64,000 bases of DNA from Candidatus Magasanikiibacteriota bacterium (GCA_036744835.1 DAIOHD010000001.1:208967-272966); one strand, 5' to 3'. Shown: positions 1 through 7,881, counted from the first letter of the stretch. The notes: generated from the sequence alone by a model not told the origin. Program-made: numbers and translations.

Positions 1-503
1 GTTTGAGCGAGGGTATGAAAGTTGCGGAATTTGGCTGTGGACGAACCGGTCATTTTTTGTTTACAGCGTCTAAAGTAGTGGGAGATACGGGGATTGTTTA
101 TGCTATGGATATTTTGAAAGATGTTTTAGAAAGTGTTAAAAATCGTTGTCGTTTTGAAGGTTACCATAATATTTTAACTATTTGGACAGATATAGAAAAA
201 GTTGGCGCTGCCAGTGTTCCAGAAAGAAGTATTGACAAAGGCTTCTTTGTTAATGTATTCTTTCAATTGAAAAATAAAGGAGGCGCTTTTGAGGAAGCTA
301 CACGGTTGATAAAAGAAAATGGCGATTTAGTAATAGTAGATTGGTCATCCAAAGTTGGAGAAACTTTGGGACCGGATCGGGATAAAATGGTTGACCCAAA
401 AGAACTGATTCAATTGGCCAAAGAGCATAATTTTGTTTTACAGGAAAATTTTCCAGCCGGAGATTATCATTTTTGTTTAATTTTTAAAAAAGAAGGAGTG
501 TAA
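1..503 (+). CDS. Class I SAM-dependent methyltransferase, 5'-partial (runs off window start)
   Basis: Gly-rich motif I (EFGCGRTG) sits only about 10 aa into the ORF, so the N-terminus probably lies upstream of the window. Confidence 0.5.
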   Translation, partial: LSEGMKVAEFGCGRTGHFLFTASKVVGDTGIVYAMDILKDVLESVKNRCRFEGYHNILTIWTDIEKVGAASVPERSIDKGFFVNVFFQLKNKGGAFEEATRLIKENGDLVIVDWSSKVGETLGPDRDKMVDPKELIQLAKEHNFVLQENFPAGDYHFCLIFKKEGV

Positions 504-513
504 TTAATAAGTT

Positions 514-915
514 ATGAGTATCTTAAATTTGTTGAAAATAGAGTATTGGTTTTCTCAGCCTTATATTTTGTACGGCAATACAAAATGGTTTTGGATGTTT
601 TTTATTTTTATTTTGATTATAGTTGGTTTTGTTTTTAAATTTTTACAAAAAAATAGTTTAGATAAGATAAAGGCTGAAATTTTTCGTCGTTTTGGTAATG
701 TTTTCTTAGGTATTTCTATTTTTTTATTGTTTTGGTTCTTCTTTCGTCAACAACACATTCCTTTTTTTGCTTGGCGTTTTTGGTGGTTGCTAGCTTTGTT
801 TTTTGCCGCTTCTTCTGCACTGAGCACTTTGCGTTATATGTTAAAGAGAATCCCGGAAATTCGTAAATTTGAAGAAGAAAAGCAAATGCGAGAAAAATAT
901 TTGAAAAATAAATAG
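514..915 (+). CDS. Small hypothetical membrane protein
   Basis: 133-aa ORF with 3 hydrophobic segments; no recognizable family. Confidence 0.3.
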   Translation: MSILNLLKIEYWFSQPYILYGNTKWFWMFFIFILIIVGFVFKFLQKNSLDKIKAEIFRRFGNVFLGISIFLLFWFFFRQQHIPFFAWRFWWLLALFFAASSALSTLRYMLKRIPEIRKFEEEKQMREKYLKNK

Positions 916-920
916 TTTTT

Positions 921-1280
921 ATGCCGGGGAGGTACAAAAAAGACGTTGGTGATTGGGGGGAAGAGAAAGCGGTGGAATTTTTACGAAGACAGGGGTTTGA
1001 AATAGTTGATCGAAAATTTAGCACTACTTTTGGTGAAATTGATATCGTCGCTAAAAAAAGCGACGATTATTATTTTGTAGAGGTTAAAACCAGATTTGAT
1101 ATAGAATTGGCCAATAATTCGGCTGTTACTTATGACAAATTACAAAAACTCTTGAAAAGCATGCGTATTTATGCCTATAAAAAGAAATTAGAGGACGTGT
1201 CACTTATTCCGGCAGCTTTGGTGGTGTATATAAATAAAAATACAAAAATAGTTAAGTTTTTATTTAATGTGATATATTGA
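921..1280 (+). CDS. UPF0102/YraN-family predicted endonuclease
   Basis: N-terminal region (GEEKAVEFLRRQGFEIVDRKF...GEIDIVAK...YFVEVKTR) matches the YraN fold pattern. Confidence 0.55.
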   Translation: MPGRYKKDVGDWGEEKAVEFLRRQGFEIVDRKFSTTFGEIDIVAKKSDDYYFVEVKTRFDIELANNSAVTYDKLQKLLKSMRIYAYKKKLEDVSLIPAALVVYINKNTKIVKFLFNVIY

Positions 1281-1305
1281 CAGGTATTAATTTAATAAGT
1301 AATAT
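1277..1305 (+). promoter_or_regulatory. Putative sigma-70 promoter for ndk (TTGACA-N17-TAATAT)
   Basis: Perfect -35 hexamer at 1277-1282, 17-nt spacer, 4/6 -10 at 1300-1305, about 50 nt upstream of ndk. Confidence 0.3.
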
Positions 1306-1355
1306 ATAGTCATTAAAAAAACAATAGTTTTGAGTTTATTTTAAAATATTTTATT

Positions 1356-1949
1356 ATGAAAAAAGAACGTACATTCGTTATCGTCAAACCAGATGGTGTT
1401 CAAAGATCTTTAATCGGAGATATTATCAAAAGAATTGAGCGTACCGGTTTAAAATTGGTAGCTTTGAAAATGGCCGTGCCAACAGAAGATCAATGTTGGA
1501 CTCATTATAATAAAGACGATGTTTGGTTTGAAAGTAAGGGAACAAAAATATTGGAAAATCGTAAAAATTCCGGTATGTCGATAGAAAAATCAGCTATTGA
1601 ATATGGCAAAGATATTATCAAAGCTTTAGTGAAATTTATGACTTGTGGTCCGGTGGTAATGATGATATGGGAAGGTAATGAAGCTGTTGGTGTAGTTAAA
1701 AAATTGGTTGGTTCTACGGAACCGGCAACGTCTGATGTTGGAACTATTCGCGGAGATTTAACATTGGATTCTTATAATTTAGCCGGTGCAGATGATCGTG
1801 CTGTACGTAATTTAGTACATTGCACCGATAATCCAGCCGAATCTCAAAGAGAAATAGATATTTGGTTTAAACCAGAAGAAATTATTAATTATAGACTATT
1901 GGCTGAAGAGATACTATACGATGTGAATTTGGATGGAATTTTGGAATAA
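1356..1949 (+). CDS. ndk: Nucleoside diphosphate kinase (long form with internal insertion)
   Basis: ERTFVIVKPDGVQR N-terminus and catalytic NLVHCTDNPAESQREI segment; 197 aa versus about 140 aa typical. Confidence 0.8.
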   Translation: MKKERTFVIVKPDGVQRSLIGDIIKRIERTGLKLVALKMAVPTEDQCWTHYNKDDVWFESKGTKILENRKNSGMSIEKSAIEYGKDIIKALVKFMTCGPVVMMIWEGNEAVGVVKKLVGSTEPATSDVGTIRGDLTLDSYNLAGADDRAVRNLVHCTDNPAESQREIDIWFKPEEIINYRLLAEEILYDVNLDGILE

Positions 1950-1954
1950 AAAAA

Positions 1955-1978
1955 GCACTCCTTCGGGAGTGCTTTTTT
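1955..1978 (+). terminator. Intrinsic terminator of ndk
   Basis: GCACTCC-TTCG-GGAGTGC hairpin followed by TTTTTT. Confidence 0.65.
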
Positions 1979-2112
1979 AAAAACTCAAATGTCAAATCTC
2001 AATATTTAAAAGATTTAAGAAATTAAAAAAATTTAAGAGATTATGGTTTGTGTTAAAAAATCTTTTAAATCTTTTCAATCTTTAAATTATTTGGTTTTGA
2101 CTTTTGACATTG
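1979..2112. repeat. MITE-like intergenic element, copy A (CTCAAA-heptamer arms)
   Basis: 5' arm AAAACTCAAATGTCAAATCTC and 3' arm GGTTTTGACTTTTGACATTG are mutually reverse-complementary; same arms recur at 4 other loci. Confidence 0.4.
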
Positions 2113-2274
2113 TTATTTTTATGGTACAATACCTATGTTCCACCAACGGGGTAAAACTGTTCTACAAAAAAACATGTGAAGGTTTGTCGATATTTGCTTG
2201 ACCTGCGGGTTAAGCGTGAGACTTACCACCTATACATTTAGGGGCATGTTTTAACCCCTTGGTTGAACGCAAAA

Positions 2275-2306
2275 AAATCCCTACCAATGGTAGAGATTTT
2301 TTTATT
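2275..2306 (-). terminator. Intrinsic terminator downstream of rpmB (minus strand)
   Basis: CTACCA-A-TGGTAG hairpin flanked by an A-run (plus side) and T-run (minus side). Confidence 0.4.
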
Positions 2307-2307
2307 T

Positions 2308-2478
2308 TTAACCTTTTTTGATAGTGCGGCGACAAGTTGTACAAGCTTTTACAGTCATACCCATCATTTTTACATTTTGTAAATTTGGCTTTTGTTGACG
2401 GGGAACTTTGTTTTTAGCGTGACTAACATGATTGGCACGTGCGGAGGTTTTTCCACATATAGTGCAAGTTCGGCTCAT
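2308..2478 (-). CDS. rpmB: Ribosomal protein L28 (56 aa; below ORF-track size cut-off)
   Basis: Manual minus-strand translation MSRTCTICGKTSARANHVSHAKNKVPRQQKPNLQNVKMMGMTVKACTTCRRTIKKG matches the L28 consensus (MSRVC.V.GK....GN.VSHA.N.TKRRF.PNLQ). Confidence 0.75.
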   Translation of the reverse strand: MSRTCTICGKTSARANHVSHAKNKVPRQQKPNLQNVKMMGMTVKACTTCRRTIKKG

Positions 2479-2525
2479 ATTTTTGTTGCTAATTTAAGTT
2501 AAATGCTTTATAATTAAGTAAAAAT

Positions 2526-2554
2526 ATTATAACTAAATTATTAAATTTTGTCAA
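2526..2554 (-). promoter_or_regulatory. Consensus sigma-70 promoter for rpmB (minus strand TTGACA-N17-TATAAT)
   Basis: Reverse complement of 2526-2554 reads TTGACA aaatttaataatttagt TATAAT, about 45 nt upstream of the rpmB ATG. Confidence 0.5.
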
Positions 2555-2559
2555 TATTT

Positions 2560-3165
2560 ATGCAGTGGATGTCAATTCTGTTTTATTTCTTAATTATCGT
2601 TCCTTCGGCCATAATTCATGAATATGCTCATGGTTTTATGGCGGATAAACTCGGGGATCCGACCGCTCGTTATGCCGGACGTTTGACATTGAATCCCAAG
2701 GCCCATATTGATCCTTGGGGTACAGTTTTAATGCCGATCATTCTATCTGTTTTGAGTGCCGGTAAATTTTTGTTTGCTTATGCTAAACCGGTACCATATA
2801 ACCCATATAATCTCAAAAATCAAAAATGGGGAGGGGCTTTGGTGGCAATAGCCGGTCCGATGTCCAATTTTTTATTGGCTTTCTCATTCGCTCTGCTAAT
2901 CAGATTTTTGCCCTATAGTGATTTAACCCAGTTTTTGTATATTATCGTTTACGCAAATGTTTTACTTTTAGTCTTTAATTTGATACCCATTCCTCCTCTG
3001 GATGGTTCTAAAATACTTTATGCATTGTTACCGGCGGGAAGTGAAAAAATAATTTATTTTTTGGAAAAAAATAGTTTTATAATTTTGTTAGTTTTTGTTT
3101 TTTTCTTGTTTAATTTGATTTTCCCGATTATTCAGTTTTTGGTTAGATTTTTAGTTGGATTCTAA
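2560..3165 (+). CDS. M50 (site-2 protease) family zinc metalloprotease, membrane
   Basis: HEYAHGFMADKLGD (HExxH within a TM helix), LNPKAHIDPWGT and a multi-TM profile; start may be the TTG at 2548. Confidence 0.6.
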   Translation: MQWMSILFYFLIIVPSAIIHEYAHGFMADKLGDPTARYAGRLTLNPKAHIDPWGTVLMPIILSVLSAGKFLFAYAKPVPYNPYNLKNQKWGGALVAIAGPMSNFLLAFSFALLIRFLPYSDLTQFLYIIVYANVLLLVFNLIPIPPLDGSKILYALLPAGSEKIIYFLEKNSFIILLVFVFFLFNLIFPIIQFLVRFLVGF

Positions 3166-3168
3166 TAG

Positions 3169-3278
3169 GTTGTAAATGTTGTAATTGTCATAGATGTTGT
3201 AGGTGTTGTAATAAAACAATTAGAACAAGCATATTAGCGCGATAAATCATTTTAAACAAGCGCATTAGCGCGATAAAA
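3169..3278 (+). promoter_or_regulatory. Two sets of direct repeats upstream of the DUF360 gene
   Basis: GTTGTA(A/G) at 3169, 3178, 3196 and 3205 (9-bp spacing within pairs); a 23-bp direct repeat AACAAGCrcATTAGCGCGATAAA at 3224-3246 and 3255-3278. Confidence 0.3.
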
Positions 3279-3289
3279 CAATTAATTAT

Positions 3290-3628
3290 ATGAAAACTCT
3301 TCTCAGTTGGCTCTTAAACTCCGCCGCTTTAATAGCTCTAACTTATTATCTGCCTGGCATTAGCGTTTCTGGTTTTGCACGAGCGCTATTAGTAGTTTTG
3401 GTTTTGGGTTTGGTTAATACCCTTATTCGTCCAGTTGTTTTGTTTTTTACACTACCGATTAATATTTTGACTTTAGGATTATTCACATTTATTATCAACG
3501 CTTTGATGTTTTGGTTGGTTGGCTGGTTAGTAGAGGGTTTTTATGTAGCTGGTTTTGTACCGGCATTTTGGGGTGCGCTGTGTATGATGATTATAGGGTG
3601 GATAATAAATGCCATATTAAATAAATAG
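3290..3628 (+). CDS. DUF360/holin-superfamily-IV-like small membrane protein
   Basis: 112-aa ORF with 4 TM helices and a YLPGISVSGF...LVNTLIRP pattern. Confidence 0.4.
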   Translation: MKTLLSWLLNSAALIALTYYLPGISVSGFARALLVVLVLGLVNTLIRPVVLFFTLPINILTLGLFTFIINALMFWLVGWLVEGFYVAGFVPAFWGALCMMIIGWIINAILNK

Positions 3629-3799
3629 TCCAGTAATACAACTTTTAGTTGTTTATGAAAAATTATGCTAGCAATCGAGCACAAAAAGGCAAAACTGCCT
3701 ATCGTACTCCAAGTTTATTTAAAGCCAATAAGGCTATAGTTTACGCAGATTTAAAATCAAGAGTAAATTCTAAAAAAACTAACACCTTTCTTAATTATT

Positions 3800-4735
3800 A
3801 TGAAAAAAAATAAAGGAAAAGTTAGCTTATATTATAGTCATGATATTGACGAATATACCAAAGCTTTAAAAGAAAAAACTAAAAAATTAAAAAAAGTTAA
3901 ATTTTCTTCCTTTAAATTGAAATATAAAAACGGACAATTTTCTTTTTTACGCTTGGCTTCTTCCGATATAAAAACCAAAGATAAGGTTTTATTTATTGCT
4001 GCCGGTATCCACGGTGAGGAAACCGCCGGTCCGTTGACGATTTTAAACAATCTTAAAGAAATTTTTTCTTATGCGCGAAAAAATAAAGTTAAATTGATTA
4101 TTTACCCTCTTTGCAACCCTAGCGGTTTTTCACAGATGACCAGATATAATATTGACGGTGATGAGGGAGGGGAAACCGGTAATAATGATTTTTTACGCTA
4201 CGAAATGGCTGATGGAACTTTTAAAGATGATATTAAAAAAAGCAATAATTATAAGGCCTGGTATTGGTCATCAGAGATTACCAAAAAATTACCATTGGAA
4301 ACAAAAATAATGCATAAGCTTCTCAAAAAAGAACCACTTACTCAGGTTAGGGCTTTGCTTGATTTACATCAAGATTATATCAGTAACGTTTCTTTACCTT
4401 TTTCCTATCACTATTCTTTCGGAAAACTTGGGGTTTATAAAGATATTATAAAAAATATCAAAAAAATAGTACCGCTTTATAAAAATAGGATGATAGATGC
4501 GGGTTTTTGTGAAGTAGATAAAGAAGGAGATCGTAGTCATTGTTTGGAAGAGGCAATGTTGTCAGATAAAAACGGTTTTGTTGTGCGTCACGATGGAACT
4601 TTGCCGGATCTTTTTTATCGTCTAGGAACACCATATTGTATCACTGTGGAAACTACCGGCGCTACACCGTTGCAAGAAGCGATGGCGGTAAATATGGCCT
4701 GGATAAAAGGATTGATAGATTTAATTAAAAAATAA
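3800..4735 (+). CDS. M14 / succinylglutamate desuccinylase-aspartoacylase-like zinc hydrolase (putative)
   Basis: IAAGIHGEETAGP (HxxE zinc motif), DLHQD and PLCNPSGF. Confidence 0.35.
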   Translation: MKKNKGKVSLYYSHDIDEYTKALKEKTKKLKKVKFSSFKLKYKNGQFSFLRLASSDIKTKDKVLFIAAGIHGEETAGPLTILNNLKEIFSYARKNKVKLIIYPLCNPSGFSQMTRYNIDGDEGGETGNNDFLRYEMADGTFKDDIKKSNNYKAWYWSSEITKKLPLETKIMHKLLKKEPLTQVRALLDLHQDYISNVSLPFSYHYSFGKLGVYKDIIKNIKKIVPLYKNRMIDAGFCEVDKEGDRSHCLEEAMLSDKNGFVVRHDGTLPDLFYRLGTPYCITVETTGATPLQEAMAVNMAWIKGLIDLIKK

Positions 4736-4745
4736 TTTATATATT

Positions 4746-5426
4746 ATGAAAAAAACAATTGTAATTTCTTTGGGCGGTTCTATTATTATTCCCAAAGAAG
4801 GTTTTGACACAATGTTTTTAAAAGGGTTTAAAAAACTTATTTTGAGTTTGATAAAAAAATATAGATTTATCATAGTTTGTGGCGGGGGACAGACGGCCCG
4901 TAGTTATCAACAAGCCGCCCGCACGCTTGGAGATTTGAGTTCTGAGGATTTGGATTGGATAGGTATTCATTCTACCAGATTAAACGGACATTTAATGAGA
5001 ACTATTTTTCGTCGACATGCCCATAAAGCGGTAGTAAAATATCCGCTTAAAAAACAGGATTGGAAAACCCCGATAATGTTAGCTGCTGGTTGGAAGCCCG
5101 GTTTTTCCACAGATTATGATGCAGTGTTGTTAGCGAAAAAATACGGCGCAAATACAGTAATAAATTTATCCAACATTGACTATGTTTACGACAAAGACCC
5201 TCGTGTTAATAAGGATGCTAAAAAACTGGAAAATATAGATTGGGAACAATTTCAAAAAATTGTTGGCACTAAATGGATTCCCGGAGCAAATTTACCTTTT
5301 GATCCGGTAGCTAGTGTTTTGGCAAGAAAAAACAAAATGAAAGTACTATTTGTCAAAGGAACGCAGCTAATAGAAGTCAAAAAGGCGATAGAAGGTAAAA
5401 AAATCAAAGGTACGGTAATCTCATAA
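4746..5426 (+). CDS. pyrH: Amino-acid-kinase family protein, archaeal-type UMP kinase-like
   Basis: 226 aa; IVISLGGSII...FIIVCGGGQTARSY resembles archaeal PyrH more than the bacterial form. Isopentenyl-phosphate kinase is not excluded. Confidence 0.45.
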   Translation: MKKTIVISLGGSIIIPKEGFDTMFLKGFKKLILSLIKKYRFIIVCGGGQTARSYQQAARTLGDLSSEDLDWIGIHSTRLNGHLMRTIFRRHAHKAVVKYPLKKQDWKTPIMLAAGWKPGFSTDYDAVLLAKKYGANTVINLSNIDYVYDKDPRVNKDAKKLENIDWEQFQKIVGTKWIPGANLPFDPVASVLARKNKMKVLFVKGTQLIEVKKAIEGKKIKGTVIS

Positions 5427-5433
5427 ACACAAA

Positions 5434-5463
5434 ATCCCTCGCTTTAAAGCGGGGGATTTTTTT
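5434..5463 (+). terminator. Intrinsic terminator
   Basis: ATCCCTCGC-TTTAAA-GCGGGGGAT hairpin followed by a T-run. Confidence 0.45.
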
Positions 5464-5524
5464 AATGTTAAGTATTTAATATAAGATATAAAATTCTTTA
5501 TTTTAAATTAGTTAAAAAACAGGA

Positions 5525-5635
5525 AGCCTCGTCACGCTTAGCGTGACTACAACCCCAGACTTTTCTTCGCGGGCCACGCTTAGTGTGGCTTTACCGGCGC
5601 TTAGCTAAAACGGGGCCACGCTAAGCGTCGGGTTG
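5525..5635. repeat. Cluster of TNA-loop hairpins (CGC-TNA-GCG cores), REP-like
   Basis: GTCACGC-TTA-GCGTGAC, GCCACGC-TTA-GTGTGGC, GCGC-TTA-GC and CCACGC-TAA-GCGT units; related clusters at 33534-33550 and 63186-63270. Confidence 0.45.
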
Positions 5636-5698
5636 ACAAAATCTTTAAAATATGCTAATTTAAGCTATTAAGTTCTTTTACAAGCGAGGTAAAAAACC

Positions 5699-6574
5699 AT
5701 GGACAGGTGTAGACAAGATCTCCACCTGCATATTGGTGGAGATAATTTAGAAAACATTGTAAAAAATGCAAAAAAGTCCGGGATCAGAACACTTTCATTA
5801 CTTGACAAGGAGAGTGTGGAAAGGACTTTGGAGATTGAAGCGGTTTGTAAAAAGTACAGTTTGAATTGTTTGCGTGGCGTGGAGGTTAATGCTAAATATG
5901 CAAACAAGGTCTATCATTTTCTGATATATAAGTTTAGAAATATTCAGAAAGTGCGGGGATTCTTTAAGAGAGAAGCCAAAGCCAAGTATAAACGAGTAAT
6001 TAAGGTGATTGCTCTTTTACAAAAACTAGGCTGGCAAATTGATCTGGAAAAATTGGGCAATATACCCAAGACTAATCTCGGGCGGCGTTTGGTGGTGGAA
6101 AATATTCGAAATCACGCAGACAATCAGGAAAGGCTATTAAAAGAAGGGATTTTTAGTAATGATGATTTTTATCGCCGTTATTTGGAACTTGGTAAACCGG
6201 CTTACTATGATCGTAAGGTTAGTAGTGTTTATCAGTTGATCAAAACTATGCGTGCGGCTGGAGCCTTGATAGTCTGGGCTCATCCATGGCGAACCATCAG
6301 AGAAAATTTTGGAGAAGAAAATTTCCGAGATAATTTTTCGGGAGTTTTCAATTATTTTAGGAAGATAGGGATTGATGGAGTTGAGGTTTACTATCCTGAA
6401 GTTCCTAAAGAGACGGTAATTTTTATGTATTGTCTTTGCCGGAAAAATCAACTGTTGGTTACCATAGGTTCTGATAGTGTGGGGTCTGAATTGATTCCAC
6501 TCCCTATAATAATCAAAGGGAAGGAACCTAATGATATTTCTAATGCCAACTCGCTTTACAGAGGGGTGCTCTGA
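5699..6574 (+). CDS. PHP-domain metal-dependent phosphoesterase
   Basis: DLHLHIGGDN, GVEVN, WAHPWR and GSDS motifs in PHP order; locally higher GC than neighbours. Confidence 0.5.
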   Translation: MDRCRQDLHLHIGGDNLENIVKNAKKSGIRTLSLLDKESVERTLEIEAVCKKYSLNCLRGVEVNAKYANKVYHFLIYKFRNIQKVRGFFKREAKAKYKRVIKVIALLQKLGWQIDLEKLGNIPKTNLGRRLVVENIRNHADNQERLLKEGIFSNDDFYRRYLELGKPAYYDRKVSSVYQLIKTMRAAGALIVWAHPWRTIRENFGEENFRDNFSGVFNYFRKIGIDGVEVYYPEVPKETVIFMYCLCRKNQLLVTIGSDSVGSELIPLPIIIKGKEPNDISNANSLYRGVL

Positions 6575-6612
6575 CAACAGACCCCCTCTTTTTTTGTGTC
6601 AAGCTCTTACCC

Positions 6613-6640
6613 TTGACAAATAATTTAATCTTGATATAAT
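6613..6640 (+). promoter_or_regulatory. Consensus sigma-70 promoter (TTGACA-N16-TGaTATAAT, extended -10) of the rplJL operon
   Basis: -35 at 6613-6618, -10 at 6635-6640 with an upstream TG, about 165 nt upstream of rplJ. Confidence 0.6.
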
Positions 6641-6641
6641 G

Positions 6642-6765
6642 GTTTCACCATAGACAGTAGCTCCCCTTTGGGGTTAAATAAGCTACCGAGGTAATCTCAC
6701 CCAAATTTTTGGGGTCAGGTCGAAGATGACCGTTTTGTCTGTGGTATAACCATAGATTTTTTTTG
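6642..6765 (+). promoter_or_regulatory. Structured 5' leader of rplJ, candidate L10(L12) autoregulatory leader
   Basis: 10-bp closing helix (CCATAGACAG/CTGTCTGTGG, one G-U) enclosing hairpins TAGCT-CCCCTTTGGGG-AGCTA, CCCAAA/TTTGGG and GGTCA/TGACC. Sits between promoter and start codon. Confidence 0.4.
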
Positions 6766-6806
6766 TTAACGCTTAATTTCTAAGCGTTAGCGAGATCTAA
6801 AAAATT

Positions 6807-7331
6807 ATGCCAAAAACAAAACAACAAAAAAAGGTAATCGTGGAAAGTTTAGGTGATGACGTTAAGAAAGCAAAAGCTGTAGTTTTTGCCAATTTCCAAG
6901 GTTTAACTGTCAAAGATTCCGAAGATTTACGTAAAAAATGTCGTAATGTCGGAGTAAATGTGATGGTGGCCAAAAAAACCTTATTACGTAAAGTTTGCGA
7001 AGAGCTTGGTTTAAGTGATATTAATCCAAAAACTTTTGAAGGTGGTGTTGCCACTTTTACAAGTCAAAACGATGAAATTGCCCCGGCCAAAGTAGTCGCA
7101 GATTTTGCCAAACAAAATGATAAAGTTCTTATTTACGGTGGAATTTTAGAAAATAAATTTATTGCCGGTGATTATGTAAAAAACTTGGCCTCATTACCAA
7201 GCAAACAAGAACTTTTAGGCAAATTGGTTGGTACTATCAACGCTCCGGTTTCTGGATTTGTAAATGTTTTAGCCGGAAATTTACGTGCTTTAGTTTCAAT
7301 TTTGAATAATATCAAAGAATCAAAAGCTTAA
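6807..7331 (+). CDS. rplJ: Ribosomal protein L10
   Basis: Typical L10 N-terminus and length, immediately upstream of rplL. Confidence 0.9.
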   Translation: MPKTKQQKKVIVESLGDDVKKAKAVVFANFQGLTVKDSEDLRKKCRNVGVNVMVAKKTLLRKVCEELGLSDINPKTFEGGVATFTSQNDEIAPAKVVADFAKQNDKVLIYGGILENKFIAGDYVKNLASLPSKQELLGKLVGTINAPVSGFVNVLAGNLRALVSILNNIKESKA

Positions 7332-7378
7332 TTAATTTAAAATTTTCAGTTTATAGACTGAAGTCTAATAATAAAATT

Positions 7379-7777
7379 ATGTCAGAAGAAAAAAATGTAG
7401 TTGTTCCTGAAAAGTTTCAATCTTTGGTGGAACAAATTGAAAAATTGTCTGTCTTGGATTTAGCCGAATTGGTTAAAGTCTTAGAAGAAAAATTTGGTGT
7501 TTCTGCTGCTGCTCCAGCTATGATGATGGCCGCTGCCCCAGTTGCCGCTGCTGCTGCTGAAGAAAAAAGCGAATTTAATGTTGAATTAACTAGCTGCGGT
7601 GATAACAAAATCAATGTTATCAAAGCTGTAAAAGAAATTACTGGTTTAGGTCTTGCTGAAGCCAAAGCTTTGGTTGACGCTGCTCCCAAAGTAATTAAAG
7701 AAGGTGTTAAAACTGCCGAAGCTGAAGAAATGAAAAAGAAAATTGAAGAAGCTGGTGGTAAAGTAGAATTGAAATAA
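7379..7777 (+). CDS. rplL: Ribosomal protein L7/L12
   Basis: Ala/Pro hinge plus conserved C-terminal domain ([24 protein letters not shown]...[21 protein letters not shown]). Confidence 0.9.
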   Translation: MSEEKNVVVPEKFQSLVEQIEKLSVLDLAELVKVLEEKFGVSAAAPAMMMAAAPVAAAAAEEKSEFNVELTSCGDNKINVIKAVKEITGLGLAEAKALVDAAPKVIKEGVKTAEAEEMKKKIEEAGGKVELK

Positions 7778-7793
7778 ATAATTTCGATTAAAT

Positions 7794-7861
7794 AAAAAAA
7801 TCGCCCGTAAGGGCGATTTTTTTATTTAAAAAATACGCCACTTTTTAGGTGGCGTTTTTTT
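7794..7861. terminator. Tandem bidirectional intrinsic terminators between rplL and the convergent purC-E
   Basis: TCGCCC-GTAA-GGGCGA plus T-run, and ACGCCAC-loop-GTGGCGT plus T-run; A-runs on the other side serve the minus strand. Confidence 0.65.
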
Positions 7862-7881
7862 AAGGGTTAAATAACACTTTT

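Noticed and set aside
716-1024. Many 60-170-aa ORFs lying antisense to, or nested within, well-supported genes (examples: 716-1024 minus; 3838-4050 minus; 6137-6577 minus; 8051-8482 plus; 11802-12311 plus; 17582-17971 minus; 19258-19542 minus; 27083-27514 plus; 53019-53279 minus)
   Set aside because: They overlap genes with strong family-level evidence on the other strand. They have low-complexity or odd composition and no ribosome-binding context. They are treated as spurious.
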